From an uncultured Bacilli bacterium (GTDB taxonomy: Bacteria; Bacillota_I; Bacilli_A; RF39; UBA660), in contig CALVOZ010000002.1 of the NCBI GenBank assembly GCA_944350495.1, positions 147,479 through 211,478 on the forward strand: a stretch of 64,000 bases of DNA, in the 5' to 3' direction. Position 1 is the first letter of the stretch. The number at the start of each line of letters is the position of its first letter. A program made the position numbers and the translations under genes. Shown piece after piece: positions 18,101 through 29,030 of this stretch. The notes under the pieces are model-generated. The model was not told where the DNA came from. It made no database searches and saw only the letters and a program-made list of their open reading frames with translations.

Positions 18101-19090
18101 TTATATACTGTTTAATGACTTAATATTTCCTAATAATACCCCTGTTCCCTCAACAACACATGTTAAAGGGCTAGCTGCCATAAATACGGGTACTTTTAAT
18201 TCCTGAACTAATAATTTATCAAGTCCGTCAATCATAGCGCCACCACCAGTTAATACAATTCCCTTATCTACTATATCTCCTGCTAATTCAGGTGGAGTTA
18301 ACTCTAATACCTCTTTTATTTCATTTACAATTTTATAAATACTTTCTCTTATAGCCTCTTCTACCTCTTTAGAAGTTATTGTAATTGCCTGTGGTAAACC
18401 AGTTATTAAGTTTCTTCCCTTTATTTCCATTTTATCATTCCGCTTATTAAATACAGTCCCAATTGTTATTTTAATATCTTCAGCTGTTCGCTCACCTATC
18501 AATAATTTATATTTTGCTCTAATATATTTTACAATAGCATTATCAAAAGTATTACCGGCTATTTTAATAGATGAACTTCTAACTATACTTCCTACTGATA
18601 ATATGGCAATATCCGTTGTCCCACCACCGATATCGATAATCATATTAGCGCTCGGTTTTGAGATATCCATTCCTGCTCCTATAGCCGCTACTTTTGGTTC
18701 TTCCTCAATATATACGCTTCTTGCCCCTGTTCGTTCGGCTGCTTCCATAATCGCATTTTTTTCTACTTGAGTTATATTTGAAGGACAGCAAATTAAAATA
18801 CGTGGTCGGCAAAAATTAGTATAGCCATGTACCTTTTTTATAAAATAATTAAGCATTATTTCTGTTATTTCAAAATCAGCAATAACACCATCTTTCATAG
18901 GTCGAATTGCTTGGACTTTACCTGGAGTTCGACCTATCATAGCTCTTGCATCTTTACCTACAGCAAGTACCTTTTTTGTACCTGTTTCAATTGCAACTAC
19001 ACTAGGTTCATTTAAGACAATACCTTTTCCTTTTACATATATTAATACATTAGTAGTGCCTAGATCTATTCCAATATCTTTTCCAAACAT
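18101..19090 (-). CDS. mbl: MreB-family actin-like protein (Mbl by synteny)
   Basis: IGIDLGTTN, RPMKDGVIAD, DIGGGTTD, LTGGGA; downstream of spoIIQ as in Bacillus; start refined. Confidence 0.85.
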   Translation of the reverse strand: MFGKDIGIDLGTTNVLIYVKGKGIVLNEPSVVAIETGTKKVLAVGKDARAMIGRTPGKVQAIRPMKDGVIADFEITEIMLNYFIKKVHGYTNFCRPRILICCPSNITQVEKNAIMEAAERTGARSVYIEEEPKVAAIGAGMDISKPSANMIIDIGGGTTDIAILSVGSIVRSSSIKIAGNTFDNAIVKYIRAKYKLLIGERTAEDIKITIGTVFNKRNDKMEIKGRNLITGLPQAITITSKEVEEAIRESIYKIVNEIKEVLELTPPELAGDIVDKGIVLTGGGAMIDGLDKLLVQELKVPVFMAASPLTCVVEGTGVLLGNIKSLNSI

Positions 19091-19157
19091 ACAACCACCC
19101 ACCGTCATATTAATTTTACCATAATTGATTATATTAAGTAAATCAGCAAAAAAAATA

Positions 19158-19772
19158 TTATAACGATTTGTCATAATATTCTTCTGGATTAACATTTATG
19201 TTATCAATTAATAATTCAAAGTATAAATGATTGTTTAAATCACTATTAATATTAGATGTAGATGATACACCGATTACTGTTCCTTTAGTTACAATATCAC
19301 CGGTCTTTACTTTTATATCACTAATGCTTTGATATACACTAACAACTGATTCTGAATGTTTTATTTTTACAATATTTCCTAATAATGTATCTTCTTTTAC
19401 TTCAATTACTTCACCATCCAAAACAGCTATTGCCTCAAATGGTTCACCATCTAGGGAATAACTAATACCACTGCTTTGAATATAAGTATCCTCATAGTAA
19501 ATTATTGAAGATGTCTGGTTTTCTTCATCACCTTGATAATCATAATAATTTTGAACAATTGCAACATTATCATTATTATATGGTCTACCAATTATAGTAT
19601 CTTTTTCTTGGTTTACTGGTAAAGTTATTTTACTTAAAACATCAATAATACCACTTGGTTGTTCTAATTTTACTGCCGGTTTATTACTTATTAAAACCAA
19701 TGTTCCGATAAGTAACAAAATAGCAATTGCATATAAAGCATAAACTACTTTTCTATTAAATACTTTTATCAT
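19158..19772 (-). CDS. spoIIQ: SpoIIQ-like LytM/M23 protein
   Basis: N-terminal TM helix; degenerate M23 zinc motif (SSGISY), SVYQSI, HLYFEL, VNPEEY; follows spoIID. Confidence 0.85.
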   Translation of the reverse strand: MIKVFNRKVVYALYAIAILLLIGTLVLISNKPAVKLEQPSGIIDVLSKITLPVNQEKDTIIGRPYNNDNVAIVQNYYDYQGDEENQTSSIIYYEDTYIQSSGISYSLDGEPFEAIAVLDGEVIEVKEDTLLGNIVKIKHSESVVSVYQSISDIKVKTGDIVTKGTVIGVSSTSNINSDLNNHLYFELLIDNINVNPEEYYDKSL

Positions 19773-19790
19773 ATATTCACCTCTATTTAA

Positions 19791-19818
19791 ATTGTGAACA
19801 TATTTTATTATTTTATAC
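19791..19818 (-). promoter_or_regulatory. Candidate sigma-F promoter of spoIIQ
   Basis: GTATA-14 bp-GTTCACAAT just upstream of the RBS. Confidence 0.45.
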
Positions 19819-20734
19819 TATTTTTTATTTTTTTTATTTCAACGTTTGTATAATAATGTTTTATTATTTCATCATATGTATAACCTGCTAAAGCCATTCC
19901 TTGAGCTCCATATTGGCTCATACCAACACCGTGTCCATATCCCTTAGTTGTTATATATACATAATTATCTATTAATTCAATTTCAAAGCAAGTTGATCTT
20001 AAATTAAATTTTTTTACTATTTCATCGCCAGTAAATTCTTTTTCATTTATAACTATTTTTTTTATTCTTCCACCTTTTGTTTTAGATGTTATTTTAACAT
20101 TTAATTGATCACTTACTTTTAAGTTTAATTGTTTTAAAAATTTATCTAACTGATATTTATTCTCTTCATTAAATACTGGTGAAATATTGTCCCATTTACT
20201 CTCGACACTTCTTAAATATGGTACTTTACTAACAAATATCTCTTCACTGTTTTCAGTATAGCCTGTACTTGTTGAAAAAAATAAAGTTTCAGCTATTTTT
20301 CCATCATATATAACATATTCATAAGCTGTTTCAGTGACTGCTTCTTTTATTTTACCTAAATATTGTTCATATTTACTACCCCATTTTTTCTTTAATGTAT
20401 TAGAATCTAAATATACTTGATTTAAAACCGTATCTATTACATCGTAGTCTTTATTTTTATTTTTTACCATTTGATACATTACATAACTACGTGACGCTAC
20501 GGCTTGGGCTTTTAAAGCTTCTAATTCAAAAGAAGCAGGCATTTCTCCTGCTACAACACCCATTACATATTCTTCTAAAGGAATGTTTTCTATTTTTTTA
20601 GAATCATTTCGATATACTCGTACTTGTTCATTTCTTGTAAACATAAATTCTTCGGTACTATTAGTAAATAAGAATTGTATAGTTATATATGGTATTAATA
20701 ATGTTATTAAAAAAAATAATAATATTTTTTTCAA
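19808..20734 (-). CDS. spoIID: Stage II sporulation protein D (lytic transglycosylase)
   Basis: LEEYVMGVVAGEMPASFELEALKAQAVASRSY, PYLRSV, GYGHGVGMSQYGA; TTG start with RBS GGAGGT. Confidence 0.95.
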   Translation of the reverse strand: MKKILLFFLITLLIPYITIQFLFTNSTEEFMFTRNEQVRVYRNDSKKIENIPLEEYVMGVVAGEMPASFELEALKAQAVASRSYVMYQMVKNKNKDYDVIDTVLNQVYLDSNTLKKKWGSKYEQYLGKIKEAVTETAYEYVIYDGKIAETLFFSTSTGYTENSEEIFVSKVPYLRSVESKWDNISPVFNEENKYQLDKFLKQLNLKVSDQLNVKITSKTKGGRIKKIVINEKEFTGDEIVKKFNLRSTCFEIELIDNYVYITTKGYGHGVGMSQYGAQGMALAGYTYDEIIKHYYTNVEIKKIKNSIK

Positions 20735-20766
20735 AGAAATACCTCCTTCGATAAAACATACTACTA

Positions 20767-20958
20767 TTAGATTGTACTTATAAAACAAAAATCATAAATA
20801 AAATTAGTGACCAAATATGATAGAGCAAAACTTAACATTATATATAATACTTTAATTTGCATTATACGGCCTTTTTTAAAGGCATTTTCTATTCTAACAC
20901 TTTCCATAGTCCACATTGCTAAAAGTGTTGTAATAACATATAAAACTAGTTTAATCAT
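20767..20958 (-). CDS. DUF1146 (YwzB-like) small membrane protein
   Basis: FKKGRIMQIKVLYIMLSFALSYLVTNF; syntenic upstream of spoIID. Confidence 0.85.
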   Translation of the reverse strand: MIKLVLYVITTLLAMWTMESVRIENAFKKGRIMQIKVLYIMLSFALSYLVTNFIYDFCFISTI

Positions 20959-21388
20959 GGTAATTATCTATCATTTCTATTCGGCGGTTATATCTATCAA
21001 TATTAGCGTACTCACTAGTTAAAAATGTTTTAATGATTTCTTTTAATTGATTTATTTCTATTCTAGAACCAACAGCTATAACATTAGCATCATTATCTCT
21101 TCTAGTCATCATTGCTTCCCAGGAATCATTTACTTTAGCACATCTAACCCCTTTTACTTTATTACAAGCAATACTCATTCCTATCCCACTGTTACATATT
21201 AAGATACCATAGTCAACCTCTTTGCTAACTACAGCTTTACCCAATTTAAAAGCATATAATGGATAATCAACCATGTCAGTGGTATCCGTTCCATAATTAA
21301 TTACATCATAACCTAAATTAGTTAAATAATTTGTCAATTCTTGTTTAATTTCAATTCCATGATGATCGGTTGCTATTCCTACTTTCAT
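20951..21388 (-). CDS. rpiB: Ribose-5-phosphate isomerase B
   Basis: IATDHHG, VDYP, GILICNSGIGMSIACNKVKGVR, NDANV. Confidence 0.92.
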   Translation of the reverse strand: MKVGIATDHHGIEIKQELTNYLTNLGYDVINYGTDTTDMVDYPLYAFKLGKAVVSKEVDYGILICNSGIGMSIACNKVKGVRCAKVNDSWEAMMTRRDNDANVIAVGSRIEINQLKEIIKTFLTSEYANIDRYNRRIEMIDNYHD

Positions 21389-21442
21389 AAAATCCCTCCG
21401 TAATTATTATAGCATGAAAAAAAGGTAAATAATATTACCTTT

Positions 21443-24241
21443 TTATTTAACGGTAGGAATATGTATTCCTAATGATATTTCTTCATCGTTATATTTAAAT
21501 TCATAATCATAATCATTAAACCAAGTAGTAACACTTAACGATTTATTCATTTTAAATCTAGTTCCTTCAATATATAAAGTTTTACCTGGATAATTGTTAT
21601 CATAAATTTCTATTTTAAATTCATTTGGATCTTCATTATTTCTTAAAAGTCTAATGGCATTTACTGCATGTGATCCACCAACATTTAATACAATTGGAAC
21701 TCCATTTTGTAATTGTGACTCTAAGTATTCATAACTATCATCTGGAGAGGTTGAAAAACTTAATGCTTTATCATCAGCTTGTAATACAAATAGACGATAT
21801 ATAGCATTCATTAATTGTTGTTCTTCACCAGAAACATTATTTTTAAATTTATTAGAGCTTACATCTAATAAGGCTGACTCATATTTATTAAATTCTTCAG
21901 CATTATAGTCATTAGTACTAATAGTAATACCAATAGCTTCCATTGCTTTCTTATAATCATCATTGATCATATAAATTTTATTTTCAATTCTATTGCGATA
22001 ATCTTCAGGAGCTTTTAAATAATATTTTAAGCCTTCGTTTTTAATTTGGTAATCGTATAAATTTGCATTGGTAGGTGTACTATATTCATTAAAGAAATAT
22101 GTATTTTTTAAATTGTAACCAGCAGCTTTTTTATTAAACCAAAATCCATGTTTATATAAGCCTATCTCATTAATATCATTTAACTCAATTGGTAATTTAT
22201 CAGTATAATATAACATAGCAAATGTTGCCATACCATAACAATGTCCTCCTTCACTATTATTTGTAGCAAAGTTATTAAATGAAAATCCATCTCTAGTAGT
22301 AATAAAACCACTATCGGCAACAATTGTACTATCAACTTCTCCATCATTATCGGTATCAACTAAATTATAATTAATTTCAGCTCCCATAATTGAATATATT
22401 TCATCAAGAGCTGAAGAATTTGACGCATGATAATAGTCACAACCTGTTTCTTCAGCTATTTCGTCTAATTCGTTTGTATCTATATCGGTTCCTAAACCAA
22501 TTACACAAATTCTTACATTTTTTGATTTAGCTTCTTCAATAATTGGATCTTGATATTTTAATAAATTACCTTCGGTATTTTTACCATCTGTTAGCAAAAC
22601 TATGTAATGATTATTTTCATCGTTGGAAAATTCAGCTAGTCCTTTTTGTAAAGCTTCTATTATATCGGTTCCGTCAGCATCACTATTCCAATGACTCTCC
22701 ATCTTCTTAACGGCTTCTTTTACTTCTTTTTTATCATCACTAAATTCTTTTAAGTTAACATAATTTCCTGAAAATTCAGCCACTCCGAATTTATAATTTC
22801 CTGTAAACATATCAACTAATTCATTAGTTAATTGCAATCTTTTAAATTCAGTATCATTTCCAATTGCACCAACACTATCATTATAGCCAGCATCAATCAT
22901 TTGTTGTTCACTATACATAGACACTGAATTATCAATAATAAACATTAATTGTGTATCAGCTGTTAATTTAACTTTCGTTTCATCAGCTAATATGTATTTA
23001 GAGAAATGTGTTAAAGTGGCAGTTATTGTATTTTTTTCTCTATCTATAATTGCATTAACTTTTTCTAATTTTTTTGTCTTTTCATCAAAATAATATAACG
23101 CAATATTATCATCTTTAACGTCGTATTTTGCTAATTCTTCATCAGAATATTGAATTACTAATTCTGCACTTGTAAGAGACCCATCAGTATGTAAATCGTA
23201 GACAACTGGATAAACACCTTCAGTTTTTTCAAATGTTGTATTAATACTTGTATCAACAGTAGTTAAACTGATATTTCCCCTTCCGGTTGTCTTTAATGTT
23301 ACATTATCATCTTTAACTTCGTAGGTTAATTCTCGATCAGAATCAATTATTCCATCATCTTTTGAATCTTTTTTTAAAGGATTAAGTTCAAGATCTATCT
23401 CAACGCCATCATATAAAGAATCACCATCTGTATCTTTCTTTAGTGGGTCAGTTTTAGTAGTATTAACTTCAATAGAATCAATTAAACCATCATGATCTGT
23501 ATCAGCTTCGTTTATATCTGTACCTAACTTTTTCTCTTCTGCATCGGTCAAGCCATCTTGATCACTATCATAATTTTCGTCTTTTTCTATTTCGACAGGT
23601 ATTATTCCATTAGTTAATTCCTCTTCAAAATTAGTATTTATAATTTCAATGTCTTTAGTGATTCTTTTACCACTTGGTGCCTCCGCTGTAATAGTATATT
23701 TTCCTTCTTGTTCAGGTAATATCCATTCAACTTTTGGACCAGAAACATTTACTTCTCCTCCATCAACACTAAATTTAATATTAGTTATTAATTCATCTTC
23801 TTTATCATAAGCCTCTACTTTAAGTTCTAACGAGCCGCCTTTTACATGTGTTGAGGCGTAATCGCCATAATTTTCAACCCACGATAATTTTGTAAAATCA
23901 TAAAAATTTTGAAAGCAATACCAACCGGCAAGCGCTAAAACAATAATAACTGTTACAATAATTAATGGCAATTTATATTTAAATAAAAATGGTTTTACTT
24001 TGCTTGATATCTTACTAAAAAATGCCATTAAATTATTGTTGTCATTAATAACTGATGTATTTACCGATTGAGTTGGCACATCATTCAAAATCATACCACA
24101 AGTACCGCAAAACTTACTGTCCAAAGATAATTTGGCACCACATCCTCCACAAAATTTAAATTGTTCTTCAACCTTTGCACCACATTTGCCACAATATGGG
24201 CTATTATTTGTAATTTCTGCATTACATTTAGCACATTTCAT
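21443..24241 (-). CDS. Membrane-anchored multidomain protein: zinc ribbons, TM, Ig-like, Ca-binding repeats, VWA, papain-like domain
   Basis: Four CxxC pairs; TM helix; DSDQDGLTD/DTDHDGLID/DTDGDSLYD repeats; MIDAS motif DNSVSM...GTD...LLTDG; GHCYGM...HAV...IYDNN. Confidence 0.8.
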   Translation of the reverse strand: MKCAKCNAEITNNSPYCGKCGAKVEEQFKFCGGCGAKLSLDSKFCGTCGMILNDVPTQSVNTSVINDNNNLMAFFSKISSKVKPFLFKYKLPLIIVTVIIVLALAGWYCFQNFYDFTKLSWVENYGDYASTHVKGGSLELKVEAYDKEDELITNIKFSVDGGEVNVSGPKVEWILPEQEGKYTITAEAPSGKRITKDIEIINTNFEEELTNGIIPVEIEKDENYDSDQDGLTDAEEKKLGTDINEADTDHDGLIDSIEVNTTKTDPLKKDTDGDSLYDGVEIDLELNPLKKDSKDDGIIDSDRELTYEVKDDNVTLKTTGRGNISLTTVDTSINTTFEKTEGVYPVVYDLHTDGSLTSAELVIQYSDEELAKYDVKDDNIALYYFDEKTKKLEKVNAIIDREKNTITATLTHFSKYILADETKVKLTADTQLMFIIDNSVSMYSEQQMIDAGYNDSVGAIGNDTEFKRLQLTNELVDMFTGNYKFGVAEFSGNYVNLKEFSDDKKEVKEAVKKMESHWNSDADGTDIIEALQKGLAEFSNDENNHYIVLLTDGKNTEGNLLKYQDPIIEEAKSKNVRICVIGLGTDIDTNELDEIAEETGCDYYHASNSSALDEIYSIMGAEINYNLVDTDNDGEVDSTIVADSGFITTRDGFSFNNFATNNSEGGHCYGMATFAMLYYTDKLPIELNDINEIGLYKHGFWFNKKAAGYNLKNTYFFNEYSTPTNANLYDYQIKNEGLKYYLKAPEDYRNRIENKIYMINDDYKKAMEAIGITISTNDYNAEEFNKYESALLDVSSNKFKNNVSGEEQQLMNAIYRLFVLQADDKALSFSTSPDDSYEYLESQLQNGVPIVLNVGGSHAVNAIRLLRNNEDPNEFKIEIYDNNYPGKTLYIEGTRFKMNKSLSVTTWFNDYDYEFKYNDEEISLGIHIPTVK

Positions 24242-24287
24242 ATTCTCACCTACTATAAAAATTATAACATAAAAAAAAGAAATAAAC

Positions 24288-25982
24288 TTAATTATTTCTT
24301 TTTTTTCTCATTATTATATTGCTAATAAAGTCGGTCCCAAATATATTATGGAAAAGTTTTATTTTAGCTGTTATTCCAAAATATATTATCATTCCAATAA
24401 TCGCATAAAATGCAGTTATTGCTACAGATATCATTCTTGAATGACCACCAACTGGAATAAATATTCCAATTATTTTAATTACAATTGTCATCAATATAGC
24501 AGTCATAATTACATATATTGCACGTTTAATTGTTTCTTTATAATCAACTTTAAATTCTCTATTTAAATCAATTAAACTGATTACAATGCTTATCCCATAA
24601 CCAATCATTGTTGCAACTAAATTACCATAATATATTGGTAATCCAATCTTATGAAATAAAACCATAAATGGAATATTCATGATAGCGTTAAATGCAAATC
24701 CTGTAATTAATGCTATATACATATTTTTATATCTACTTAAGGACTGCATTGTTACAATTACATTGGTAAATATACTTCCAAATACCGCAACAAATATACT
24801 TACCATAAACACTTTAGGTCCATAAAACGATTTGCCATAAAATATTGTCCAAACTGGTTCAGCTAAAAGAGATAAACCAACTGCCATTGGTACTGTTATA
24901 TATATTAATATCTGTAATGTTTTATTTATTTTATGTCTTATCTCATCTATATTACCAGCGATAAAATCACTTGTTAAACTTGGTAGTAAGCTTACAACAA
25001 TACCATTAGCAATTGCCATAACAATAACATTAAGTTTAGTCCCTAATGTAGTTACAGCATTCATTATAAATGAAGCATCGTTTAAACTATATCCTCCCAC
25101 ATTTGTTAAAGTTTTAACAACCGTAAACATGTCAACTAATTGAAACGATGTTCCAATCAATTCCATAATAATTAATGGTATAGTATAAGTTATTATCTTT
25201 TTGATTAATTCTTTAGTTGTAATATTCTTTTCAACTTCTACTATTTCGTATTCTGTAACTTCCGGCACTTGTTTTTTCTTATATCGTAGATATATTAATG
25301 CTCCAATAGCACCTAATGTTGCACCAAATACCGCAACACCAACTGATATTCCCAATCTAGTTTTAAATATATTAACACATAAATATGATCCCACTAATAT
25401 AACAATAACACGGATAAATTGTTCAATTACTTGAGATACTGAAGATGCTTGAATATACTTCATTCCTTGTAAATATCCCCTAATCATGCTAATTAATGTT
25501 ACAAATAAAATAGCAGTTGCTGAGATTCTAATAACAAAAGCAATTTCTTCAATTAAATATCTACCATATAAAATATTTCCTTCAGCTTGAATAACATTGG
25601 AAAGTGCTATAGACATATTACTATAATCATTAAAATTAATAATATACTTAGCTAAAAATGGTGCAAATACAAGTAATAAGATAGTTGTGATAATCGATGT
25701 TGTTATCATGACTTTCCCCGCTAAACAATAGGTTCTTCTCTTTGTATATTCATATCCTAAAGTATGATATTCACTAACCATCTTTGAAATAGCTAAAGGT
25801 AAGCCAACTGTCGATAAATTAAGAAATATTGCATAAATATTGTACGCCGCACCATAGATAACACTACCATTAGAACCAACAATAGAATAAAAAGGAATTA
25901 CATAGATAACTCCAAGAATTTTTGTTAAAACAATACATAGTGTTGCAATAAAGGCGCCTCTTAAAAAGGTATCTTTCTTCAT
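24288..25982 (-). CDS. MurJ/YtgP-like MOP-family flippase
   Basis: FLRGAFIAT, KILGVIYVIPF, GLPLAISKMVS, RGYLQG, SQVIEQFIRV. Confidence 0.88.
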   Translation of the reverse strand: MKKDTFLRGAFIATLCIVLTKILGVIYVIPFYSIVGSNGSVIYGAAYNIYAIFLNLSTVGLPLAISKMVSEYHTLGYEYTKRRTYCLAGKVMITTSIITTILLLVFAPFLAKYIINFNDYSNMSIALSNVIQAEGNILYGRYLIEEIAFVIRISATAILFVTLISMIRGYLQGMKYIQASSVSQVIEQFIRVIVILVGSYLCVNIFKTRLGISVGVAVFGATLGAIGALIYLRYKKKQVPEVTEYEIVEVEKNITTKELIKKIITYTIPLIIMELIGTSFQLVDMFTVVKTLTNVGGYSLNDASFIMNAVTTLGTKLNVIVMAIANGIVVSLLPSLTSDFIAGNIDEIRHKINKTLQILIYITVPMAVGLSLLAEPVWTIFYGKSFYGPKVFMVSIFVAVFGSIFTNVIVTMQSLSRYKNMYIALITGFAFNAIMNIPFMVLFHKIGLPIYYGNLVATMIGYGISIVISLIDLNREFKVDYKETIKRAIYVIMTAILMTIVIKIIGIFIPVGGHSRMISVAITAFYAIIGMIIYFGITAKIKLFHNIFGTDFISNIIMRKKRNN

Positions 25983-26094
25983 TGACTCACCCTTTCTTTC
26001 TTATAAATTATACTATTAATATTAAAATAAAACAAGTTAAGAATCTTTAATCAAATATTAATTTATTGTATAATATCTATAGGGAGTTGGGGTT

Positions 26095-27024
26095 ATGGAG
26101 TATAAATTTATTAGTGATTTAACAATGTTACAATATGAAGAAATTACAAAAGAAATCAATTATAACCATTTTAAAAATGACTTTAAATGGAATAAATATC
26201 AAAATGATAAAAATATAAAGTATGTAGCTTTAAAAAGAAAAAGAACATATTTAACGTGCGCTAAAATAATTATTAAAAATAAAGTTTTTTATATAACCAA
26301 TATAACTATTTTAAAAGATGAAAAAGAAACCTTAAAATTATTTTTAAAATACATAAAATTATTAGCTAAAAGCTTAAAAATATATCAAATTAATATTTTA
26401 GATATAAATAATTGTTCTAAACAACTAGGAAAAATTGTAAATAAAGAAAAATACTCTTTAATTGATATAACAAATAAAGAGAAAATATTAAAAAATTTTA
26501 GTATTAATGAAAATAAATTACTTTCTTTTAACACTAAAACTACTAATAATGAAATTAAAAAATTAAATAATACTATCAATAATTGGAATATTAATCTTGG
26601 TTATAATATTAATAAATTAATAAAATATTATAAAAATAGTTGTATAATAAAATTGGTTTATATAGACTTAGTTTACTACTTAGAATTATATCAAAATAAT
26701 TCAAAACTTAATTATGAAACTATCTTAGAACTTATTGATGAATATGGAGAAGAAATGGTAGTTGGATTTTCTATTACCTTATTACCAACAAATAAAAATA
26801 GTGCTTACTGTATAGCACTTCATACTATAGATTCATTTAATGAACTTAATATTAAGGAAAATTTAATTTTAAACACTATCTTAACTATCAATAAGAAAAA
26901 ATATAGTAATATTTTTTTCAATCAATATATTAAAAGCGCTAAAACAATGTATGAATATAACTATAAAATAGTAACTAATAAATTTAAAAATTTTATTAAT
27001 AAACTAAAAAAAGAAGATAATTAA
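26095..27024 (+). CDS. Divergent FemABX/MurM-like protein
   Basis: Spacing follows MurM/FemA (YEEITKEINYNHF..W, CAKIII..VFYI, LKLFLKYIKLLAKS, KLIKYYKNSCIIKLVYIDL), but the LQS and PRGP motifs are lost. Confidence 0.5.
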   Translation: MEYKFISDLTMLQYEEITKEINYNHFKNDFKWNKYQNDKNIKYVALKRKRTYLTCAKIIIKNKVFYITNITILKDEKETLKLFLKYIKLLAKSLKIYQINILDINNCSKQLGKIVNKEKYSLIDITNKEKILKNFSINENKLLSFNTKTTNNEIKKLNNTINNWNINLGYNINKLIKYYKNSCIIKLVYIDLVYYLELYQNNSKLNYETILELIDEYGEEMVVGFSITLLPTNKNSAYCIALHTIDSFNELNIKENLILNTILTINKKKYSNIFFNQYIKSAKTMYEYNYKIVTNKFKNFINKLKKEDN

Positions 27025-29015
27025 TTATCTTCTTTTTCTAATTCCTTAATTAAATCTTCTCTAGACATTTTTGAATATCCTTTAATCTTATTTTCTTTAG
27101 CTAAGTCCTTTAATTCTTCATCAGTTAAATCAGCTAAAGATGCTTCTTCAAAATTGTCTTCGGAATTTTCTTTTTCTTCCTCTGGCATATGCCCATTTTT
27201 AACTAAATATTCAATTTGCTCTTTAGTAATTGTTTCATATTCTAATAAAGCGTTAGCGATTAAATCTAATAATTCTTTATTTGCAGCAATTATCTCTTTT
27301 GTTTTTTCATAGCAATCATTAATGATTTTTCTTTGAGCTTGATCAATTTCAAATGCTACTTGGCTAGAGAAATTTCTACTTCTATTATAATCTCTTCCTA
27401 AAAATACACTTGATTCTTGATGTTCAAATTGAACTGGTCCTAAATCACTCATACCATATTCAGTAACCATTGCACGAGCTATTTTAGTAGCCTTTTCAAA
27501 GTCGTTATGAGCACCTGTTGTTACCTCATTAAATATTAGCTCTTCAGCAACACGTCCACCTAATAGACCACTAATTGTTTCTAATAATTCATTTTTAGTT
27601 TCTAAGAAAGTTTCTTCACGAGGTAACATCAAATTATAACCACCAGCTCTACCACGAGGAATGATTGTAATTTTTTGAACTTCGTTAGCTCCTTCCAGTT
27701 TAATACCAACAACAGCATGTCCAGCTTCATGATAAGCAACAATCTTCTTTTCTTTTTCAGTGTATTTCTTTGTTACTTTTGCTGGTCCCATTAATACTCT
27801 GTCATGAGCTTCATCAATTTCAGCCATTGTAATTGCTGGTTTATCTCTTCTTACAGTAAGCAAAGCCGCTTCATTTAATAAGTTCTCTAAATCAGCACCA
27901 CTAAAACCAACTGTTCTTTTAGCAATATTATCTAAATTAACATTTTTAGCAAATACTTTACCTTTAGCATGAACTTTTAGTATTTCTTCTCTTCCTCTAA
28001 CATCAGGTAAATTAACTGTTACTTGTCTATCAAAACGTCCTGGTCTCAATAAAGCCGGATCTAATACATCAGGTCTATTTGTAGCTGCTATAACAATTAT
28101 TCCTTCATTTTCACCAAATCCGTCCATTTCAGTAAGTAATTGGTTAAGAGTTTGTTCACGTTCATCATGACCTCCACCTAATCCAGTACCTCTTTGACGA
28201 CCTACAGCATCAATTTCATCGATAAAAATTAAACATGGTGCATTTTGTTTTGCTTGTTTAAACATATCTCTAACGCGAGAAGCACCTACTCCAACAAATA
28301 ATTCAACGAAATCTGAACCACTTATATAGTAAAATGGAACTTTAGCTTCACCAGCCACAGCACGTGCTAATAATGTTTTACCTGTTCCTGGAGGACCCAC
28401 TAAAAGTACACCCTTAGGAATTCTAGCACCCATTCTTTCAAACTTTTTAGGAGCTCTCAAGAACTCAATAAGTTCTGCTACTTCTTCTTTTTCTTCAGTT
28501 AAACCAGCTACATCATTAAATGTTACCTTTTTACGATCATCATTTAATCTAGCTCTACTTTTACCAAAGTCCATTGATTTACTTGCGCTTCCTACTTGTC
28601 TTGTTAAAAAGTAAGCACCAACAACCACCAATAATACTAAAGGTAAAACATTAACTAAAAAATATAAAAATACGCTTGATGATGGATCTTTCTTAGTTGT
28701 AACATCAAATTTATATAAATCACGCCCATCATATATTTCTTTAACTGTTGAATCTGTTAATGGAGCTTCAACAATAAAAGATTCATTTTCTTCATATCCT
28801 TCTAAAGTACCAGTTAACGTATAAATACCACCACCGCTACTTGGTTCAATAGTAACGTCAACTAGTTCTCCTGCTTCCATTTTTGTTATGAACTCGCTGT
28901 AACTTAATTTATTTACCTTTGTATTAAGTATATTCACAAGATACATAACACCGATTATTACAATGAATAAAAATATATACGACAAAGCACTCTTTTTTAC
29001 TGTTTTTTTATTCAT
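27021..29015 (-). CDS. ftsH: ATP-dependent zinc metalloprotease FtsH with Rho_N-like C-terminal extension
   Basis: Two TM helices, [26 protein letters not shown]. Confidence 0.98.
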   Translation of the reverse strand: MNKKTVKKSALSYIFLFIVIIGVMYLVNILNTKVNKLSYSEFITKMEAGELVDVTIEPSSGGGIYTLTGTLEGYEENESFIVEAPLTDSTVKEIYDGRDLYKFDVTTKKDPSSSVFLYFLVNVLPLVLLVVVGAYFLTRQVGSASKSMDFGKSRARLNDDRKKVTFNDVAGLTEEKEEVAELIEFLRAPKKFERMGARIPKGVLLVGPPGTGKTLLARAVAGEAKVPFYYISGSDFVELFVGVGASRVRDMFKQAKQNAPCLIFIDEIDAVGRQRGTGLGGGHDEREQTLNQLLTEMDGFGENEGIIVIAATNRPDVLDPALLRPGRFDRQVTVNLPDVRGREEILKVHAKGKVFAKNVNLDNIAKRTVGFSGADLENLLNEAALLTVRRDKPAITMAEIDEAHDRVLMGPAKVTKKYTEKEKKIVAYHEAGHAVVGIKLEGANEVQKITIIPRGRAGGYNLMLPREETFLETKNELLETISGLLGGRVAEELIFNEVTTGAHNDFEKATKIARAMVTEYGMSDLGPVQFEHQESSVFLGRDYNRSRNFSSQVAFEIDQAQRKIINDCYEKTKEIIAANKELLDLIANALLEYETITKEQIEYLVKNGHMPEEEKENSEDNFEEASLADLTDEELKDLAKENKIKGYSKMSREDLIKELEKEDN

Positions 29016-29030
29016 AAAAAACTCCCTTCT

